Origin: Prochlorococcus sp. AG-347-I06
GTDB lineage: Bacteria; Cyanobacteriota; Cyanobacteriia; PCC-6307; Cyanobiaceae
Length of the DNA: 64,000 bases
Direction of reading: 5' to 3'
Assembly (NCBI GenBank): GCA_003281605.1
Contig: QCBM01000005.1
Span: 19,791 to 83,790, forward strand
Shown here: positions 10,171 through 20,690 of the stretch, piece by piece
Layout of the letters: each line of letters starts with the position of its first letter
Position numbering within the stretch: position 1 is the first letter of the stretch
Made by a program: the position numbers and the translations under genes
The notes under the pieces: generated by a model
Databases searched by the model: none
The model's input: the letters and a program-made list of their open reading frames with translations, nothing else
Told to the model about the DNA's origin: nothing

Positions 10171-11979
10171 TTACTGGTTTAATTTCAAGACTGCCATAAA
10201 AGCTTCCTGAGGGACTTCAACTTTGCCCATTGCTTTCATCCTCTTTTTACCTTTGGCTTGTTTCTTTAAAAGTTTCTTTTTCCTAGAAATATCCCCTCCG
10301 TAACATTTAGATAAAACATCTTTTCGCAAAGCACTTATGCTTTCACTAGCAATAATCCTGCTACCGATTGATGCTTGAATAGGTATTTTAAATTGTTGTT
10401 TTGGAATAAGTTCTTTTAATTTCTCAACTAAACTTCTGCCAATTCCATAAGCCTTATCTTTATGAACAATAGAAGTTAATGGATCTGCTCTTTCTGAATT
10501 TATTAAAACATCTAATCTAACAAGGTCATTTTTTCTATAGCCAATCAAATGATATTCCATTGATGCATAACCTTGGGTTCTACTTTTCATCTGATCAAAG
10601 AAATCTGTAACAACTTCTGCTAATGGAATTTCATAAATCAAGGTAACTCGATCTGTTGTTATGTATTTCATATCTATAAATACTCCCCTTCTTTCTTGAC
10701 ATAAACCCATTAATGTTCCATTAAATTCATTGGGAGCATAAATTTCCATTTTCACATAAGGCTCTTCTATTGATTCTCTAAGTTGTGGATCAGGAATTGT
10801 AGAAGGATTATCAATAAAGATATGTTCCTTCTGATTTAAATTAACTTTATAAATAACTGATGGTGCCGTTACGATTAGATCCAAGTCATATTCTCTTTCT
10901 AATCTTTCTTGAACAATCTCCATATGAAGAAGTCCTAGGAATCCGCACCTAAATCCGAAGCCCATTGCGCTACTGGTTTCGGGCTCATATTTTAAAGCTG
11001 CATCAGATAATTGTAATTTTTCTAGTGATACTCTTAAATCTGGGAATTGATCAGCATCAGTCGGGAATAAGCCACAAAAAACCATAGGATTTGCTGTCTT
11101 ATATCCAGGCAAAGGATCATTGGCAGGTGAATTTAAAAGAGTAATCGTATCTCCCACTCTCGCATCAGCAACTGATTTTATAGAAGCAGCTAAATAACCA
11201 ACTTCTCCTGCATGTAATTCATCAACTTGCTGCTGATCAGGAGCCATTATTCCTATCTCATCTAGTTCATAATTTTTCTTACTTGCCATTAATAATATTT
11301 TTTCTCTCTTATTTAGAGACCCAGATATCACTCTGAAATAAACAATAACTCCCCTGTACGGATCATAATAAGAATCAAAAATCAGTGCCTTTGTAGGTAG
11401 TTTAATTTCATCTTGAGGAGGAGGCACTCTTCTTACGATTGCTTCCAGAATATCTTTAATACCAACTCCAGTTTTTGCTGAACAATTTATTGCATTAGAT
11501 GTATCAAGTCCAATAATTTCCTCTATTTCTTGTTTTATTTTTTCAGCATCAGCCCCTGGTAAATCAACTTTATTTAAAACAGGAATTATCTCAAGATTAT
11601 TTTCCAAGGCAAGATAAACATTAGCTAAGGTTTGAGCTTCTACTCCTTGACTTGCATCAACAACAAGTAAGGCGCCTTCACAAGCTTGAAGAGATCTACT
11701 AACCTCATAAGAGAAATCAACATGCCCTGGAGTATCTATTAAGTTCAAAACATATTCTTGGGAATCGTCAGCTTTATATTTCATCCTAGCGGCCTGTAAC
11801 TTGATAGTAATTCCTCTCTCTCTTTCAAGATCCATACTGTCCAAAAATTGTTCTTGCATATCCCTTTGCTGCACAGTACCAGTATCTTGAAGCAACCTAT
11901 CTGCAAGGGTAGATTTACCATGGTCAATATGAGCGATTATGCAGAAATTTCTAATTTTTGAAACCGATATATCAGTCAT
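10171..11979 (-). CDS. lepA: Translation elongation factor 4
   Basis: [20 protein letters not shown] and [10 protein letters not shown] motifs. Confidence 0.99.
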   Translation of the reverse strand: MTDISVSKIRNFCIIAHIDHGKSTLADRLLQDTGTVQQRDMQEQFLDSMDLERERGITIKLQAARMKYKADDSQEYVLNLIDTPGHVDFSYEVSRSLQACEGALLVVDASQGVEAQTLANVYLALENNLEIIPVLNKVDLPGADAEKIKQEIEEIIGLDTSNAINCSAKTGVGIKDILEAIVRRVPPPQDEIKLPTKALIFDSYYDPYRGVIVYFRVISGSLNKREKILLMASKKNYELDEIGIMAPDQQQVDELHAGEVGYLAASIKSVADARVGDTITLLNSPANDPLPGYKTANPMVFCGLFPTDADQFPDLRVSLEKLQLSDAALKYEPETSSAMGFGFRCGFLGLLHMEIVQERLEREYDLDLIVTAPSVIYKVNLNQKEHIFIDNPSTIPDPQLRESIEEPYVKMEIYAPNEFNGTLMGLCQERRGVFIDMKYITTDRVTLIYEIPLAEVVTDFFDQMKSRTQGYASMEYHLIGYRKNDLVRLDVLINSERADPLTSIVHKDKAYGIGRSLVEKLKELIPKQQFKIPIQASIGSRIIASESISALRKDVLSKCYGGDISRKKKLLKKQAKGKKRMKAMGKVEVPQEAFMAVLKLNQ

Positions 11980-12034
11980 ATAGAAAGAAAAATTCTCCTC
12001 TTATTACATTTTGATTAATATTAGCTAATTAGAA

Positions 12035-13531
12035 TTATGGATGGAAACCTAAAATGGAATTATTTCTTTTTTTAATTTCTTTTATGAAGGTACTGTAATT
12101 TTCTGAGACTGATAGTTCTGGATAAATTAAGTCATTTATTTTTTTCTGAAGATTATGCTTATCTTTTAAAAATAAAACAGATTTTTCTAGAACCTCAACC
12201 ATAATTGAAACCGCAGTGCTTGCTCCGGGAGAAGCTCCCAACAAAGCAGATAATGATCCATCAGATGAATTTACAATCTCAGTTCCAAATTTCAAAGAAC
12301 CACCACCTTCAGTTTTTTTAATTATTTGGACTCTTTGACCAGCATTCTTTAAATACCAATCAGAAGGATTAGCTGATGGCATCATATTCTTTAAATTCTC
12401 AACTCTTGAGTTATGGTTCTTTAATGATTGTGATATTAGGTAATTAATTAAATCGTTGTTCTTGAAACCAACGTCTAACATAGAAAAAATATTATTCTTT
12501 TTAATTGAACTAAATAAGTCAAAGTATGAACTTTGTTTTAGAAATTTCGTTGTAAATCCAGCAAAAGGTCCATATAAAAGAAGTTTTTTATTATCAATCC
12601 ATCTGGTGTCTAAATGAGGCACAGACATTGGTGGCGATCCAATATCAGCTTTTCCATAAACTTTTGAGTTATGTTTTTCTGTTAGATCTTTTTTCTCGCA
12701 AATAAGCCATTTTCCACTAACAGGAAATCCACCATAACTTTTTGCTTCTGGAATTTTTGATTTTTGTAAATAATTTATTGTTTTTCCACCAGCACCAAGA
12801 AAAACGTAGCCAGTTCTAATTGAAGTTTTTCTACCTTCAGAACTGATTTCTAGTTCCCATTGTTTTTTATCAATTTTCTTTAAATCTACTAATTCTGTTT
12901 TGTATCTAATTTCAACATTTTTGTTTAAAGAAACTAATGACAAATACTCTTTAGTTAAAGCCTCAAAATTAATATCAGTTCCTCTAACTATTCTGGTAGC
13001 AGCAATTTGAGTAGATGGATTTCTATCTTTTGTTATAAGAGGAGCCCATGATGAAATTTCATCAAAAGATTTAGAGAATTCCATATCGATAAATTCAGGA
13101 TTTTCGGTCATTTTCTGAAATCTTTTTTTTAAAAAAGAAATATTATCCTGACCAGACACAAAGCTAATATGAGGAATAAATTTTAGAAACTTCTTAATAT
13201 CAATTTTCCCTACTTCATACAATGAGGCCCATAAAGACATGGATGTTTCAAAAGAACGATTTATTGAGAGCGCTTTATCTATTTTTAGATTTCCTTTTTC
13301 ATCTAAAGTGGTATAGTTTAATTCGCAATTAGCGGCATGTCCTGTACCTGCATTATTAAAAGCGCCAGTACTTTCACTTCCTGGAGCATTTAATTTTTCT
13401 ATAATAAGAATTTTTATATCTGGTAAAACTTCTGAAATCAGGAGGGCTAAAGTGCTACTCATTATCCCTGCCCCTACTAAGACTGCATCAAAGTAGCTAT
13501 TGTCATTAGTGGGATTTTTAAATGAAGTCAC
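12035..13531 (-). CDS. mqo: Malate:quinone oxidoreductase
   Basis: [31 protein letters not shown] and LLGASPGAS motifs. Confidence 0.96.
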   Translation of the reverse strand: MTSFKNPTNDNSYFDAVLVGAGIMSSTLALLISEVLPDIKILIIEKLNAPGSESTGAFNNAGTGHAANCELNYTTLDEKGNLKIDKALSINRSFETSMSLWASLYEVGKIDIKKFLKFIPHISFVSGQDNISFLKKRFQKMTENPEFIDMEFSKSFDEISSWAPLITKDRNPSTQIAATRIVRGTDINFEALTKEYLSLVSLNKNVEIRYKTELVDLKKIDKKQWELEISSEGRKTSIRTGYVFLGAGGKTINYLQKSKIPEAKSYGGFPVSGKWLICEKKDLTEKHNSKVYGKADIGSPPMSVPHLDTRWIDNKKLLLYGPFAGFTTKFLKQSSYFDLFSSIKKNNIFSMLDVGFKNNDLINYLISQSLKNHNSRVENLKNMMPSANPSDWYLKNAGQRVQIIKKTEGGGSLKFGTEIVNSSDGSLSALLGASPGASTAVSIMVEVLEKSVLFLKDKHNLQKKINDLIYPELSVSENYSTFIKEIKKRNNSILGFHP

Positions 13532-13601
13532 AACAAAAAATTATCTTTTTTGCAATTAAACAGATTTCTTTCTAGGCTTATTATAAAGTTAATCCAGAAT
13601 T

Positions 13602-13847
13602 ATGAGTACTGAAACACTCCCGCTGACAAACGAAAATGTAGAAAAAGTCCTTGACGAGCTAAGACCTTTTTTAATTTCTGATGGAGGTAATGTAGAGATT
13701 GCAGAAATAGATGGTCCAATTGTCAAAGTCAGACTTCAAGGGGCATGTGGTAGTTGCCCAAGTAGCACTATGACTTTAAAAATGGGTATTGAAAGAAAGT
13801 TAAAAGAAATGATTCCTGAAATAAGCGAAGTTGTCCAAGTTTTATAA
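13602..13847 (+). CDS. NifU/NfuA-like Fe-S carrier
   Basis: [10 protein letters not shown]...GACGSCPSS. Confidence 0.93.
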   Translation: MSTETLPLTNENVEKVLDELRPFLISDGGNVEIAEIDGPIVKVRLQGACGSCPSSTMTLKMGIERKLKEMIPEISEVVQVL

Positions 13848-13869
13848 AAATTTTTAACCGAAATATATA

Positions 13870-14127
13870 TTATTTAGTTTTTAATTCCTTCAACAAAGAT
13901 GATTCCATATCAAGGCAATCAATTGGAAGACCTTGACCAATAGCGATTAAAAGAGGTGCAAGAATTCCTAAAGTAAAAACTAAATTTGATTGGCTCACAT
14001 CATATTTACTCAAAGTAAAAGTTATCAAATAAATAATTGAAAAATAAGCATGTAGTGAAAAAAATTCTTTTGGCTTTAACACTGGCCACCTTAAAGTATT
14101 TCCCAAGAAATATAAAAAACCTGTCAT
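13870..14127 (-). CDS. Conserved hypothetical membrane protein
   Basis: 85 aa with two hydrophobic segments. Confidence 0.6.
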   Translation of the reverse strand: MTGFLYFLGNTLRWPVLKPKEFFSLHAYFSIIYLITFTLSKYDVSQSNLVFTLGILAPLLIAIGQGLPIDCLDMESSLLKELKTK

Positions 14128-14277
14128 AAATAAATAGTTACATCAAGATTAAATCAAATATAAACATAAACCTTTTTAGAGACTTTTTATAAAAAAATTT
14201 ACCTAAGATAATAATTAAAAAAACATTAAATCTTAGTTTCTATTTGTAAAAGCTAGACATGCAGTTAAAAATACGTT

Positions 14278-14303
14278 TATAATTATTTTGTAGCAATCGC
14301 TAC
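14278..14303 (+). promoter_or_regulatory. TATAAT -10 box (14278-14283) followed by NtcA box GTA-N8-TAC (14290-14303)
   Basis: GTAGCAATCGCTAC matches the NtcA consensus and overlaps the expected start site, the geometry of a repressed promoter. Confidence 0.8.
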
Positions 14304-14308
14304 TTTTT

Positions 14309-14358
14309 CGTTCACCTTCATTTGAGGGCGCAGTTCGAGTCATACCATGGAACGGGGG
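14309..14358 (+). ncRNA. Glutamine-II riboswitch (Downstream-peptide motif)
   Basis: CGTTC...GAACG outer stem, CCTTC-ATTT-GAGGG inner stem, GCGCAGTTCGAGTC...CCATGGAACGGGG pattern; sits upstream of a DUF4278-like gene. Confidence 0.85.
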
Positions 14359-14382
14359 ATGGCCGTGTTGTCACATCGAAAC

Positions 14383-14556
14383 ATGACTACTTTAACTTAC
14401 AGAGGTAAAAACTACGTTCAAAACAAAGAAGCTGCTAAAAAGCAACTTGTTGAACTTACCTACAGAAGAAACGTATACACCAACAGAATGGATGACGCTT
14501 CTTCAAGTAATGAAAAAGCAGAATTAAATTACAGAGGTGTTAATTACACTAAATAA
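14383..14556 (+). CDS. DUF4278-like small protein (57 aa)
   Basis: Three LxYR(G/R)xxY repeats; ATG 14383 preferred because the ATG at 14347 lies inside the riboswitch. Confidence 0.85.
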   Translation: MTTLTYRGKNYVQNKEAAKKQLVELTYRRNVYTNRMDDASSSNEKAELNYRGVNYTK

Positions 14557-14572
14557 TTTAATTAAACAAATT

Positions 14573-14601
14573 AAAAGCCCCTTTTTCAGGGGCTTTTTTT
14601 T
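14573..14601 (+). terminator. Intrinsic terminator
   Basis: AAAAGCCCC-loop-GGGGCTTTT followed by a T run. Confidence 0.9.
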
Positions 14602-14632
14602 GGCTATATTTATTTAGAGTCCTTTAAAAAAT

Positions 14633-15427
14633 ATGTCTGAAAGTTGCTGTAATACAAACACATCGAATAAAGCACCTGATCAATTCAATCATAAAGATGC
14701 GATTCAAGAAAGATATGGCTCAGCCGCACAAGAAAAAGAAAGTTGTCTTTGTACACCAGTTGGGTTTAATCCCGTTTTACTTGAAGCAATTCCTCAAGAG
14801 GTTATAGAAAGAGACTATGGGTGTGGTGATCCAACAAAATATGTTAAAAAAAATGATATAGTCTTAGATCTTGGAAGTGGTAGCGGCAAAAATGCTTTCA
14901 TTTGTGCCCAAATTATTGGGAAAGAAGGGAAAGTTATTGGAGTTGATCAGAATCCTGACATGCTTTCTTTATCAAGATCAGCCTCTAAAGAAGTTACAAA
15001 AAATATAGGTTTCAACAATACAGAATTTCTAGAAGGTTCAATTGAAAAACTTGATGAATTAGGTAAAGATTTAAATCCATTAATCGCAAATAAATCAGTT
15101 GATATCATCTTAAGTAATTGCGTTTTAAACTTGGTAAGTCCAGAATCTAGAAATAACCTTCTAAATAACATAAAAAGAGTTTTAAAAGATAATGGAAGAA
15201 TTGCAATTAGCGATATCGTCTCTAACAAAAAAGTTCCTTTAAGATTGCAAAATGATCATGATTTATGGACAGGATGTATTAGTGGAGCATGGTATGAGCC
15301 AGAGTTTATAAGTGATTTTAAAGAACTAGGATTTAAAAATTTAAAATTTGCAGAAAGGAGTGCTGAACCTTGGAAAGTAATTGAGGATATTGAATTTAGA
15401 ACAGTAACTTTAGTGGGCAATATTTGA
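14633..15427 (+). CDS. SAM-dependent methyltransferase, arsenite-methyltransferase (ArsM/AS3MT)-like
   Basis: N-terminal CC, YGCGDP, LDLGSGSG, SNCVLNL and WTGCISGA motifs. Confidence 0.75.
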   Translation: MSESCCNTNTSNKAPDQFNHKDAIQERYGSAAQEKESCLCTPVGFNPVLLEAIPQEVIERDYGCGDPTKYVKKNDIVLDLGSGSGKNAFICAQIIGKEGKVIGVDQNPDMLSLSRSASKEVTKNIGFNNTEFLEGSIEKLDELGKDLNPLIANKSVDIILSNCVLNLVSPESRNNLLNNIKRVLKDNGRIAISDIVSNKKVPLRLQNDHDLWTGCISGAWYEPEFISDFKELGFKNLKFAERSAEPWKVIEDIEFRTVTLVGNI

Positions 15428-15463
15428 AAAAATTCAAGAGTTGAAAATATAATATAAATTCCC

Positions 15464-16651
15464 ATGAGAAATAATCTAAGAGATCAAATACCCGCATTAA
15501 AAAATAAGTATTATTTCAACTATGGCGGTCAAGGACCATTACCAAAATCTTCTCTAGAAGCAATATTTAAAACTTGGGAAATTATCCAAGATTTAGGACC
15601 ATTTACCAATGATATGTGGCCTTTTATTTACAAAGAAATATTGAACACAAAAAGGATCATTGCGCAAAAATTAGGTGTCAATTCAAAGAATGTAGCTTTT
15701 ACCGAAAATATCTCTTCCGGTATGATTTTGCCCTTTTGGGGAATAAAAGTAGAAGAGGGAGAAGAGTTGTTAATTAGTGACTGTGAACATCCTGGAATAG
15801 TGGCTGCAAGTCGAGAATTTTGCAGAAGAAATAAATTAATATTCAAAATTTTGCCAATCCAAAAAATTAAAAATCTAAACGACGAAAATATAATTTTAGA
15901 GATTTTGAAAAATCTAAATTGTAAGACTAAGATCCTAATTATTTCTCATATCTTATGGAACTTTGGATATAAAATTCCTTTAAAACAAATTTCTATCGAA
16001 TTAAAAAATAATCGAGAAGACTCTTATTTACTTGTTGATGGTGCTCAAACCTTTGGGCACATAAATATTGAAAAAGAAGTTTTTTATTCTGATTTATATT
16101 CAATAACTTCTCATAAATGGGCATGTGGACCAGAAGGACTTGGAGCCATTTATGTCTCAGATAGATTTATTCATGAAACAAATCCAACAATAATTGGTTG
16201 GAAATCATTAAAAAAAGAACAAGGCATTTATGAGCCTTCAGATAATCTTTTTCATGATGATGCAAGGAAATTTGAAATAGCTACCTCTTGTATTCCTTTA
16301 CTTGCTGGGCTCAGGAATTCTTTAGATCTTTTGGATAAAGACTGCCATGAAAAAGAAAAAAACAAAACTATCAAAAAATTAAGTGGAAAACTTTGGGATG
16401 AATTAAATCAATCAAATGGTGTTGAATTAGTTTTAGAAAAAAAATATTTAAATGGGATTGTTAGTTTTAATATCGAAAAAATTAAAGATAAGGATAAATT
16501 TGTAAAGAAACTTGGAGAAAAGAAAATTTGGATTAGAGTTTTAGAAGATCCAAAATGGTTTAGAGCATGCGTACATCAAATAACTACAGAAGCTGAAATT
16601 GAATTACTTGCTAGAGAAATAAAAAAAATACTGACTTTAAATTGTAAATAG
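15464..16651 (+). CDS. Class V PLP aminotransferase / cystine lyase-like
   Basis: YFNYGGQGP, LVDGAQ and SHKWACGPEG motifs. Confidence 0.9.
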   Translation: MRNNLRDQIPALKNKYYFNYGGQGPLPKSSLEAIFKTWEIIQDLGPFTNDMWPFIYKEILNTKRIIAQKLGVNSKNVAFTENISSGMILPFWGIKVEEGEELLISDCEHPGIVAASREFCRRNKLIFKILPIQKIKNLNDENIILEILKNLNCKTKILIISHILWNFGYKIPLKQISIELKNNREDSYLLVDGAQTFGHINIEKEVFYSDLYSITSHKWACGPEGLGAIYVSDRFIHETNPTIIGWKSLKKEQGIYEPSDNLFHDDARKFEIATSCIPLLAGLRNSLDLLDKDCHEKEKNKTIKKLSGKLWDELNQSNGVELVLEKKYLNGIVSFNIEKIKDKDKFVKKLGEKKIWIRVLEDPKWFRACVHQITTEAEIELLAREIKKILTLNCK

Positions 16652-17038
16652 TCCAAATTATTTTCACTATAGATTTTCTAAGATCTTTATTTGTATAAAA
16701 AATTCTATATTTGCCCCCTTTCCTATCAGTTTCAAAAAAGGAATTAAAAAATTTTTGTTGAAATTTAAGCTATCCCCGTTTTTATTAATTGTAAAATTCT
16801 TAAATTATCATTCCTGTTGAAAAGAGTTATTGTTATTAGTAATAATGTTTGAAACCTTTCGAAATATGGCGCTTAATACCTTTTTGCTTATCTTATTGGT
16901 TATCGCAAATTTTACTAATTTATATCTAACGCATTTTAGAAAAAAGAAAAAGTAGTTCCTTTTATATTTTAAGAAAATTTTTATTAGATTAATTTTTTTT
17001 AATTTTCAGATCTATTAATATTGAGGAGGAAATTCTAT

Positions 17039-17743
17039 TTACCAAGGTATTTCTGAGCTATCCCATGCAATAAATTTTCCAGAAGATTCTGGAGTTTGAT
17101 TTTTAATAATTTTAATCAAAAATTGGGATGATTTTTCTTTACTAAATAATTTATGTTCTGGAACAAATTTATGAAAAGGTCGTGATAAATCAGTATCTAC
17201 TGTTCCTGGATGAAGCAATGTAATAGTGGCCTTTGGGAAACGTCTAGCCCACTCAATACTTAAAGATTTAAAAAACTGATTTTGGGCAGATTTTGCAGCT
17301 CTATATGAATACCAACCTCCAGTTTGATTGTCTCCAATACTTCCAACTCTTGCACTTATACTTGCAAAATTAAAATCAAAATCTTTTGGGATAAATTCTT
17401 CAATCGCTTTAGCTAACAAAATAGGAGAAAAGGCATTTATTGAGAAAATTTCCATCATATTTTTTTTATCAAGGTGTTGTAATCTTTTTTCTGGTTGAAG
17501 TGAATCACTATGAAGTCTCCCTGTAGCATTAAAAACTAACCTTAATTTTGAAGGATGATTTGATATTTTATTTTTCAACTGCAAAAGGGATTGAGAGTCC
17601 TCTATATCTAATTCCCAAAAAGAATCAAATTCACTTTCTCTTCCACACAAGACAACATCTAAATCTTTTTCACTTTCAGTCAAATCTCTAGCTAGTTGTG
17701 TTCCAATTCCTCCTGCGCCTACAACTAAGGCTAAGCCTTTCAT
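17039..17743 (-). CDS. Short-chain dehydrogenase (CsgA/C-factor-like)
   Basis: GAGGIG, SARVGSIGDN, YSYRAAK and LHPGTVDT motifs. Confidence 0.92.
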   Translation of the reverse strand: MKGLALVVGAGGIGTQLARDLTESEKDLDVVLCGRESEFDSFWELDIEDSQSLLQLKNKISNHPSKLRLVFNATGRLHSDSLQPEKRLQHLDKKNMMEIFSINAFSPILLAKAIEEFIPKDFDFNFASISARVGSIGDNQTGGWYSYRAAKSAQNQFFKSLSIEWARRFPKATITLLHPGTVDTDLSRPFHKFVPEHKLFSKEKSSQFLIKIIKNQTPESSGKFIAWDSSEIPW

Positions 17744-17823
17744 TTTATTAATAATAACTATATTTATTTTAAGAAACTTTTCTTGTGATTTGCGTAAAAT
17801 TCTTCTTATTTAATTCAGAAATT

Positions 17824-19359
17824 TTATTTAGATTTATTTTTTTCTTTTAATAATTTATAAGCTATTTTTCTATCATCAAAATTAATAACTTTATCATTGA
17901 GAATTTGGTAGTCTTCATGTCCTTTTCCTGCAATTAAAACAATATCTTCTTTACTAGCAAATTTAATAGATTCATTTATTGCTTTAAATCTATCAATTTC
18001 AATTGTTATTTTTTCTCTTTTTTTTATACCCATCAAAATATCATTAACTATCTTTTGGGGTTCTTCTGATCTTGGATTATCTGAAGTTATAAAAAGTTGA
18101 TCAGAAAACTCTTCAGCTATTGATCCCATTAAAGGCCTTTTAGTACGGTCTCGATCTCCCCCACAGCCAAAAACAGTTATGAGTTTCCCTTTACAAAGTT
18201 TTTTAATTGATTGCAAAACTTTTTTTAATCCATCAGGAGTGTGGGCATAATCAACAATTACTGTTGGAAGAGATCTTGAAGCTTCATTGTTATCGATTTG
18301 CATTTTCTCCATTCTCCCAGGAGCACCAGGGAAAGATTTAATTGACTTTGATAGATCTTTTAAAGAAAAATTTAGTTTATACAAAATTGTTATTGCTTGA
18401 ATTGCATTCATTAAATTAAATTCACCGACAAGTGGAACAAAAAGTTGAATTTTTTCTCTAGGTGTATGAAAAATACAGGTGGAACCACTTTCAGTAAATT
18501 TTTTCTCTGTTACGAAAAAACAATCATCATTTTCAAATTCACTGTCAGTAATCTTCGTCGAGACTAATGAAGATCTTTTTTCAAGATCAGATGATAATTT
18601 AGATATCCAAGGGTCATCATGATTTAATACACAAATACCATCTTTTTCTTTTAAGTAAGGTGGGAAAAATAATTTTCTTTTTGTTTGAAAATATGATTCC
18701 ATATCTGAGTGATAATCAAGATGATCTTGAGTTAAATTAGTAAAAATAGCCGCCTCAAATTCGCATCCTGATATCCTGTTTTGAGCAATAGAATGAGAAC
18801 TTACCTCTAATACCGCAAATTCAGATTCTGCCTCAAAAGCAGCATTTAATTTCTTTTGAAGTTTATCGGCGAAATCAGTTGTATGAGAAGCCACTTCTGA
18901 AAAGCCAGGCCATCTATTGAGCAAGGTCCCAAATAATGCAGTCTTTTTCCCTAATTTTTTTAAAAGATATTCCAATAAAAAAGTAATTGTCGTTTTTCCA
19001 TTTGTACCCGTAACACCAATAAGTTTAAGTTTTCTTGAAGGCCTATTCCAAAACTCAGCGACTATTTGACCAAAAATATAATCTAAATTATCCTCTATAA
19101 CCAAAATCCTTTCTCGATCAATAGATCCAATTTGTTCTTTTGCCGCAGACCCAATAATGGCAGCCTCTGCGCCATTTTCAATTGCCTCAATACAGTATTT
19201 TCCTCCATCAACATTTAAACCAGGCATACCTAAAAATAAAGTTCCTTTTTGAACTTCTTTAGAGTTAAAAGAAATATTATTGATTTCATGATCGATTAAA
19301 TCTAATGAAGGAATAATTCCTACCAAATCTAAAAGTTTATGTAATTTTATAGATCTCAT
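17824..19359 (-). CDS. murE: UDP-MurNAc-tripeptide synthetase
   Basis: GVTGTNGKTT, TNLTQDHLDYH, VDYAHTPD and DNPRSE motifs. Confidence 0.97.
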   Translation of the reverse strand: MRSIKLHKLLDLVGIIPSLDLIDHEINNISFNSKEVQKGTLFLGMPGLNVDGGKYCIEAIENGAEAAIIGSAAKEQIGSIDRERILVIEDNLDYIFGQIVAEFWNRPSRKLKLIGVTGTNGKTTITFLLEYLLKKLGKKTALFGTLLNRWPGFSEVASHTTDFADKLQKKLNAAFEAESEFAVLEVSSHSIAQNRISGCEFEAAIFTNLTQDHLDYHSDMESYFQTKRKLFFPPYLKEKDGICVLNHDDPWISKLSSDLEKRSSLVSTKITDSEFENDDCFFVTEKKFTESGSTCIFHTPREKIQLFVPLVGEFNLMNAIQAITILYKLNFSLKDLSKSIKSFPGAPGRMEKMQIDNNEASRSLPTVIVDYAHTPDGLKKVLQSIKKLCKGKLITVFGCGGDRDRTKRPLMGSIAEEFSDQLFITSDNPRSEEPQKIVNDILMGIKKREKITIEIDRFKAINESIKFASKEDIVLIAGKGHEDYQILNDKVINFDDRKIAYKLLKEKNKSK

Positions 19360-19367
19360 ATAAAAAA

Positions 19368-19670
19368 TTATTTCTCCAGAATGGTACTAATATTTTTTTG
19401 AAACCAATTCTTTAATTGATCATCTTTTAATCTTGGAGAAATGCGAGGCAATTCTATAATCTCCTCTGACCTAATTCCTTCAACAGCAATAACAGGTACT
19501 TCATAATCATATTTTTTATATTTATCTTTATATAAATCGACCCTATCAATATCAATTTCCTTAAGCTCCTCAAGATTAGGGAATAACTCATTAAGATTTA
19601 TTTTTGCTAGTTTGTTTTTTAATGAATCACATAGGCAACATCCCTGCCTAACAAAAATAAATATTTTCAT
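19368..19670 (-). CDS. Glutaredoxin-like (DUF836) protein
   Basis: CCLC motif and YDYEVPV; ATG 19670 (MKIFIF) preferred. Confidence 0.8.
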   Translation of the reverse strand: MKIFIFVRQGCCLCDSLKNKLAKINLNELFPNLEELKEIDIDRVDLYKDKYKKYDYEVPVIAVEGIRSEEIIELPRISPRLKDDQLKNWFQKNISTILEK

Positions 19671-19674
19671 CCAT

Positions 19675-19911
19675 TTAGTCAGGCACAGGGTCACATCCAC
19701 AGGGGGTTAAAGGATGACATCTGCTTAATCTTCTTAAAGTTAACCACCCTCCCTTCCAAGGTCCGTGTCTAGTAATTGCCTCATATCCATAAGAGCTGCA
19801 ACTTGGAATAAATCTGCATCTTGGTCCAAAAAAAGGAGAAAACCACTTTTGATAAAACGAAATCATAAAAAGAAGTACAGAAGTAATTGATTTATTAATA
19901 GTTTTGAACAC
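19675..19911 (-). CDS. yidD: Membrane protein insertion efficiency factor
   Basis: CRFIPSCSSY...RCHP...DPVP. Confidence 0.95.
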   Translation of the reverse strand: MFKTINKSITSVLLFMISFYQKWFSPFFGPRCRFIPSCSSYGYEAITRHGPWKGGWLTLRRLSRCHPLTPCGCDPVPD

Positions 19912-20006
19912 TTTAATGATGTAAAATAGTAGCTCAGTAGTAATTTAGTTTAATTGAATTTAATCAATTATCCAATTTATTGCAATTTTCTATTTAATTT
20001 AAAATT

Positions 20007-20615
20007 ATGTCAAGATACCGCGGCCCCAGATTAAGGGTTACGCGTCGCTTGGGAGAACTACCAGGTCTCACCAGGAAAGCTTCAAAGAAGTCTAATCCTC
20101 CAGGTCAGCACGGCCAAGCCCGTCGCAAGCGATCAGAATATGCAATTCGTCTAGAAGAAAAGCAGAAACTTAGGTTTAATTATGGAGTTTCTGAAAAACA
20201 ACTAGTCCGTTATGTAAAAAAAGCTAGAGCTCAAGATGGATCTACAGGAACTAACCTACTAAGACTTTTAGAAAATAGACTTGATAATGTTTGTTTTAGA
20301 TTAGGTTTTGGAGGTACCATTCCAGGCTCAAGACAATTAGTAAATCATGGCCATGTAACCGTTAATGGTAAGGTTCTTGATATTGCTGGTTATCAATGCA
20401 AATCAGGCGATGTAATCGGAATTAAAGAAAACAAAGCAAGCAAAAAACTTGTAGAAGGTAATATAGAATTCCCTGGTTTAGCAAATGTCCCACCTCATCT
20501 TGATTTAGACAAACCTAAATTAACGGGAAAAATAAATGGTAAATGCGATAGAGAGTGGGTGGCTCTTGAAATAAACGAACTACTAGTTGTTGAATATTAT
20601 TCAAGAAAAGTTTAA
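20007..20615 (+). CDS. rpsD: 30S ribosomal protein S4
   Basis: [20 protein letters not shown] and LVVEYYSR. Confidence 0.99.
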   Translation: MSRYRGPRLRVTRRLGELPGLTRKASKKSNPPGQHGQARRKRSEYAIRLEEKQKLRFNYGVSEKQLVRYVKKARAQDGSTGTNLLRLLENRLDNVCFRLGFGGTIPGSRQLVNHGHVTVNGKVLDIAGYQCKSGDVIGIKENKASKKLVEGNIEFPGLANVPPHLDLDKPKLTGKINGKCDREWVALEINELLVVEYYSRKV

Positions 20616-20690
20616 TCCTACTTTTCTTTGGATTATTAAATCTCTCTTTTAAAAATGAGAGATTTAATTTAATTCTTATTTTTAAAAATA

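Noticed and set aside
14347-14382. Longer start (MERGMAVLSHRN) for the DUF4278-like gene
   Set aside because: That ATG is part of the conserved riboswitch sequence; ATG 14383 fits better
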